The notes under the pieces: model-generated
The model's database searches: none
What the model saw: the letters and a program-made list of their open reading frames with translations, nothing else
Told to the model about the DNA's origin: nothing
Assembly: GCA_951406725.2 (NCBI GenBank)
Contig: OX597814.1
Coordinates: forward strand, 45,570,001-45,634,000
From: Octopus vulgaris
Taxonomy: Eukaryota
Length of the DNA: 64,000 nt
Reading direction: 5' to 3'
Made by a program: the position numbers and the translations under genes
Shown: piece by piece, positions 61,081 through 64,000 of the stretch
Position numbering within the stretch: position 1 is the first letter of the stretch
Layout of the letters: every line of letters begins with the position of its first letter

Positions 61081-62059
61081 AAATTAGAGCGATCTAAACC
61101 CAAAACATTTCAACTCTAGCTATCTCAATACTTAATGATTCTTATTTAAAACATTAAATATTGAACGGCCAAGTAAGAGGGGTTTTTTCTTTCTATTTTT
61201 TTTTTCTTCTTTTTTATACAAGAGTTGAATTACAGAAATTCCAACTGAAAGTCAACTGCATCGCTTTTCAGTCTGGAAGGACCTTCAAAAGCCTGTTAGT
61301 CTTGGGAAAAGACTACATATATAAAGCAATGGCATCGTCTATTAAATCAAAATAAACACAAAATGGGCAAATATTTTATCGAAAAAGTTGACTTTAACAG
61401 GATTTTAACTCAGAAGGTAGGCGCCAGATATGAACATTGTAAGGTGGCCATCAACTTAATTATTATAATGATATCATATTGCCGGTTCTATGATTGGTAA
61501 ATACATCTTTAAAAAAACAGGCAATGCAAAACGCCCGCAACAATTATAAATCAGATTGTTTATAGATTTATTGGAAAATTTAAATTTCTTGCACAAAGAC
61601 AAAATAAAATGTCTAAATGGATATAAAATACTGTAACTCAAACTAAAATTATCACCAAAACACTAAAATGTGATTGAAGAATCAATAAACTGACCGTTTT
61701 TCACATTTCAACTTCTATGACATAACGGCTCATCACTTCTATTGCATCACGAAAATGAGTTATGTGACGTCTGTGATAATGTAAATATTATCATCACTAT
61801 CACAGAAAAAAGCTTAAGGTGAAAAAAGTTGGATTAATGTCTTAAGTCAACGAATATTTCTTAAGAATATCAACTGAAAAGTTCTGGACGCAATAAATAT
61901 TTGAAAATACCATTTAAAAATCAATTTTAATTTTTTGTTCATGAAAATCAGAAAAAAATTCCTAAAAAAAGATTCTGAGTTTCATTTGAATTAATGTTTA
62001 TTGAGACACCTATAAAGTATGTGTATGTATATATATATGTGTATGTATGTATGTGTATG

Positions 62060-62104
<45 letters not shown>

Positions 62105-62649
62105 TGTGTGTGTGTGTATGTGTTATGTTTGCTTATAGCAATGACAGATGTGTCTCTGTAAAACCAAATCTGCGACACGGTTCGATGCTCGGCTGCAGCT
62201 ACTTCAGTTAGGATATGGTCACGACTAAGGTTAACTTAAAAGAAAATTATTTCAATTTAAAAATATATCGACCGGTTCACTACAGCAATAAATATATACC
62301 TTCTATGGCAACAATTTTGAAGGGTTTGTACACCGCACTCATACAACAAATATACCGATGGAAATATGTACAATACGGCAAGTGTCTAGAGAATCATTAA
62401 CCGGGTGTGTCTGACAGCAACTTATAGTGTTGAGAGAATGCAATCAAGCAGTAGGTTTCGCAGTAAAAACGTACTGTATTTTAAACTATTTCGTCTAAAT
62501 ATATTTCTTACATATACAGACGAAGGACTAACATTCAGTCCATCAAACAAACAATTTACGCAACAATTACATACATATATTTTGGGTTATAATTTACACA
62601 CCCAAATCTTCATTTTTGATAATCAAGTAAAGAATAACGATAAAAGGTC

Positions 62650-62830
62650 AGACTTACGGACATATAAAAGGAGAGAAAGCTTGGAATGTTATTAAAACCG
62701 AAAGACAACATGCCGTAGCACGCTTAAATTTTGAATCTCAACAACAAACAAGTCTACGCATGCGTATTTGGTGACAGCATGCGAAGCACTGAATAGTTTC
62801 GGTCCGGGTACTTTTCTAACGGGATCTTCA
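62650..62830 (-). promoter_or_regulatory. Candidate CEP83 promoter and first exon
   Basis: Local CpG enrichment, a perfect palindrome TACGCATGCGTA (62755-62766) resembling an NRF1 site, a second GCATGCG nearby, and a minus-strand donor CC|GTAAGT at 62657. Confidence 0.45.
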
Positions 62831-63774
62831 CTAATTCTGTTCTTACCTAGAATGATAATTAGGAACCCGATACTTGACTAATATTTTATTTTATTGGTCC
62901 TGGAAGTATAAAAGGGTAGAGTTCACATCGACAGGATTTGATTTCAGAATGCCAAGTGTCTAGTATTTAGTGACGATTCTACCTACCAAATGTATTCCCA
63001 TCCCACGTAATCCTCTTATATAATATTTTTTATCCATGCGCGGTTCGAAATAATGGGTATAATCGGAACAAGAATTAACTTTCACTTTAGCAATGGACAT
63101 ATCTCGCTCTATGGTCTTGTTCCAACTCGGGCTGCAGCAATAAAGTTCATCCGTCACACCTCTCGGTCCAACATCACTGCCTCTAGATCCTGGATATATT
63201 CCAGGTACACAGTGACCGGTTTGTCGCTGCCGTCTTTGCCTGATCTTCTCGCTAGATTTCGACAGGTTTCCATAAAAGCATTCGCTTGTCATATGTTATT
63301 GCCATATGAACATATTTTGGTCTTATTAGACCTCCTCTGCGAAGTTGACAGCAGAGACGGACCCAAGTTGTGAGAGTGGGTGTTGAGGGGCATATGCCTC
63401 AAGAAAAGAAGTGCATCCTTCTAAATAATTACACCCTTTTCTCCTGAAATTGTATTCACTTCCGACCTTGTGCCCTCTCTTTGAAAAATTCCTGAGACAG
63501 CGCCTGCTAAGAGTGATATTCATAATCAGTAGTATCTCCACATTCCCTCTATTTCTATGTATATGGTGGAATAATAGCTTTGGTAGGAAGCCCGCCAAGT
63601 CCATTTCAGGACACCTACTCCACCATGGCTCCCACTTGGACCCAACATTCATCTGTAATTCCACAAATTATCTGCTTGCTTTAAACATCTTGGTTTATTT
63701 AAATCTCGCTGGCAAACTGCAACTAGCCTGGATCCTACTTCAACTGTTAAAAAACAGAGAAGACAGGAGATGGT

Positions 63775-63950
63775 ACTCACACTAGGTACCTGCAATGTAG
63801 GTATCCATTTTTGACAACACTGAAATGAATAGAACTGCACTGATTACAAGAGAACTGTTTCTTTACAAGGCGGACATGGTAGCCTTCAGTGAAACATTCC
63901 TTACAAAAAAAGGACTAGATGATGGTGTCTAGCAGTAGATACAAGTTGTT
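63775..63950 (+). mobile_element. RTE-BovB-like endonuclease N-terminus relic
   Basis: LGTCNV…RTALITRELFLYKADMVAFSET resembles GTWNV…RTALVARELARY.IDIAALSET. Confidence 0.7.
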
Positions 63951-64000
63951 AGAGTGTTGAGGAGCATTTAAAGACTGTTAATGTCTGTCCTTCAGTCACA

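Noticed and set aside
62515-62550. CAGACGA plus GGACT/AGTCC hairpin as a hammerhead
   Set aside because: The core is mutated and there is no GAAA box.

Overview
Eukaryotic, AT-rich and repeat-dense animal DNA. The SINE/LINE repertoire looks like Octopus (coleoid cephalopod); this is inferred from remembered repeat families, not from a search. Two complete spliced genes lie tail-to-tail about 1 kb apart. On + is an SLC25A26-like mitochondrial S-adenosylmethionine carrier (9 coding exons, 12883-30640, 272 aa by my assembly). On - is a CEP83/CCDC41-like centriolar distal-appendage protein (10 coding exons, 55560-31639, about 716 aa, possibly with one more upstream coding exon). The rest is mostly decayed mobile DNA: RTE, CR1 and HERO-like LINEs, several tRNA-derived SINEs, mariner and maT transposons, piggyBac- and Merlin-type MITEs, Helitrons, a Helentron-type element and a rearranged Gypsy relic. 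There is no CRISPR array, rRNA or true tRNA, and most listed ORFs are spurious or TE fragments. I found no clear new multi-gene system. The best leads are a tandemly amplified H-type-pseudoknot-like module in the RTE LINE 3' end, several long intronic fold-backs (possible ADAR substrates), a Gypsy integrase bracketed by inverted LTR ends, a fish-like Helentron element and a decayed intronic hammerhead motif. All coordinates were counted by hand, and repeat boundaries are approximate unless a TSD or TIR is quoted.
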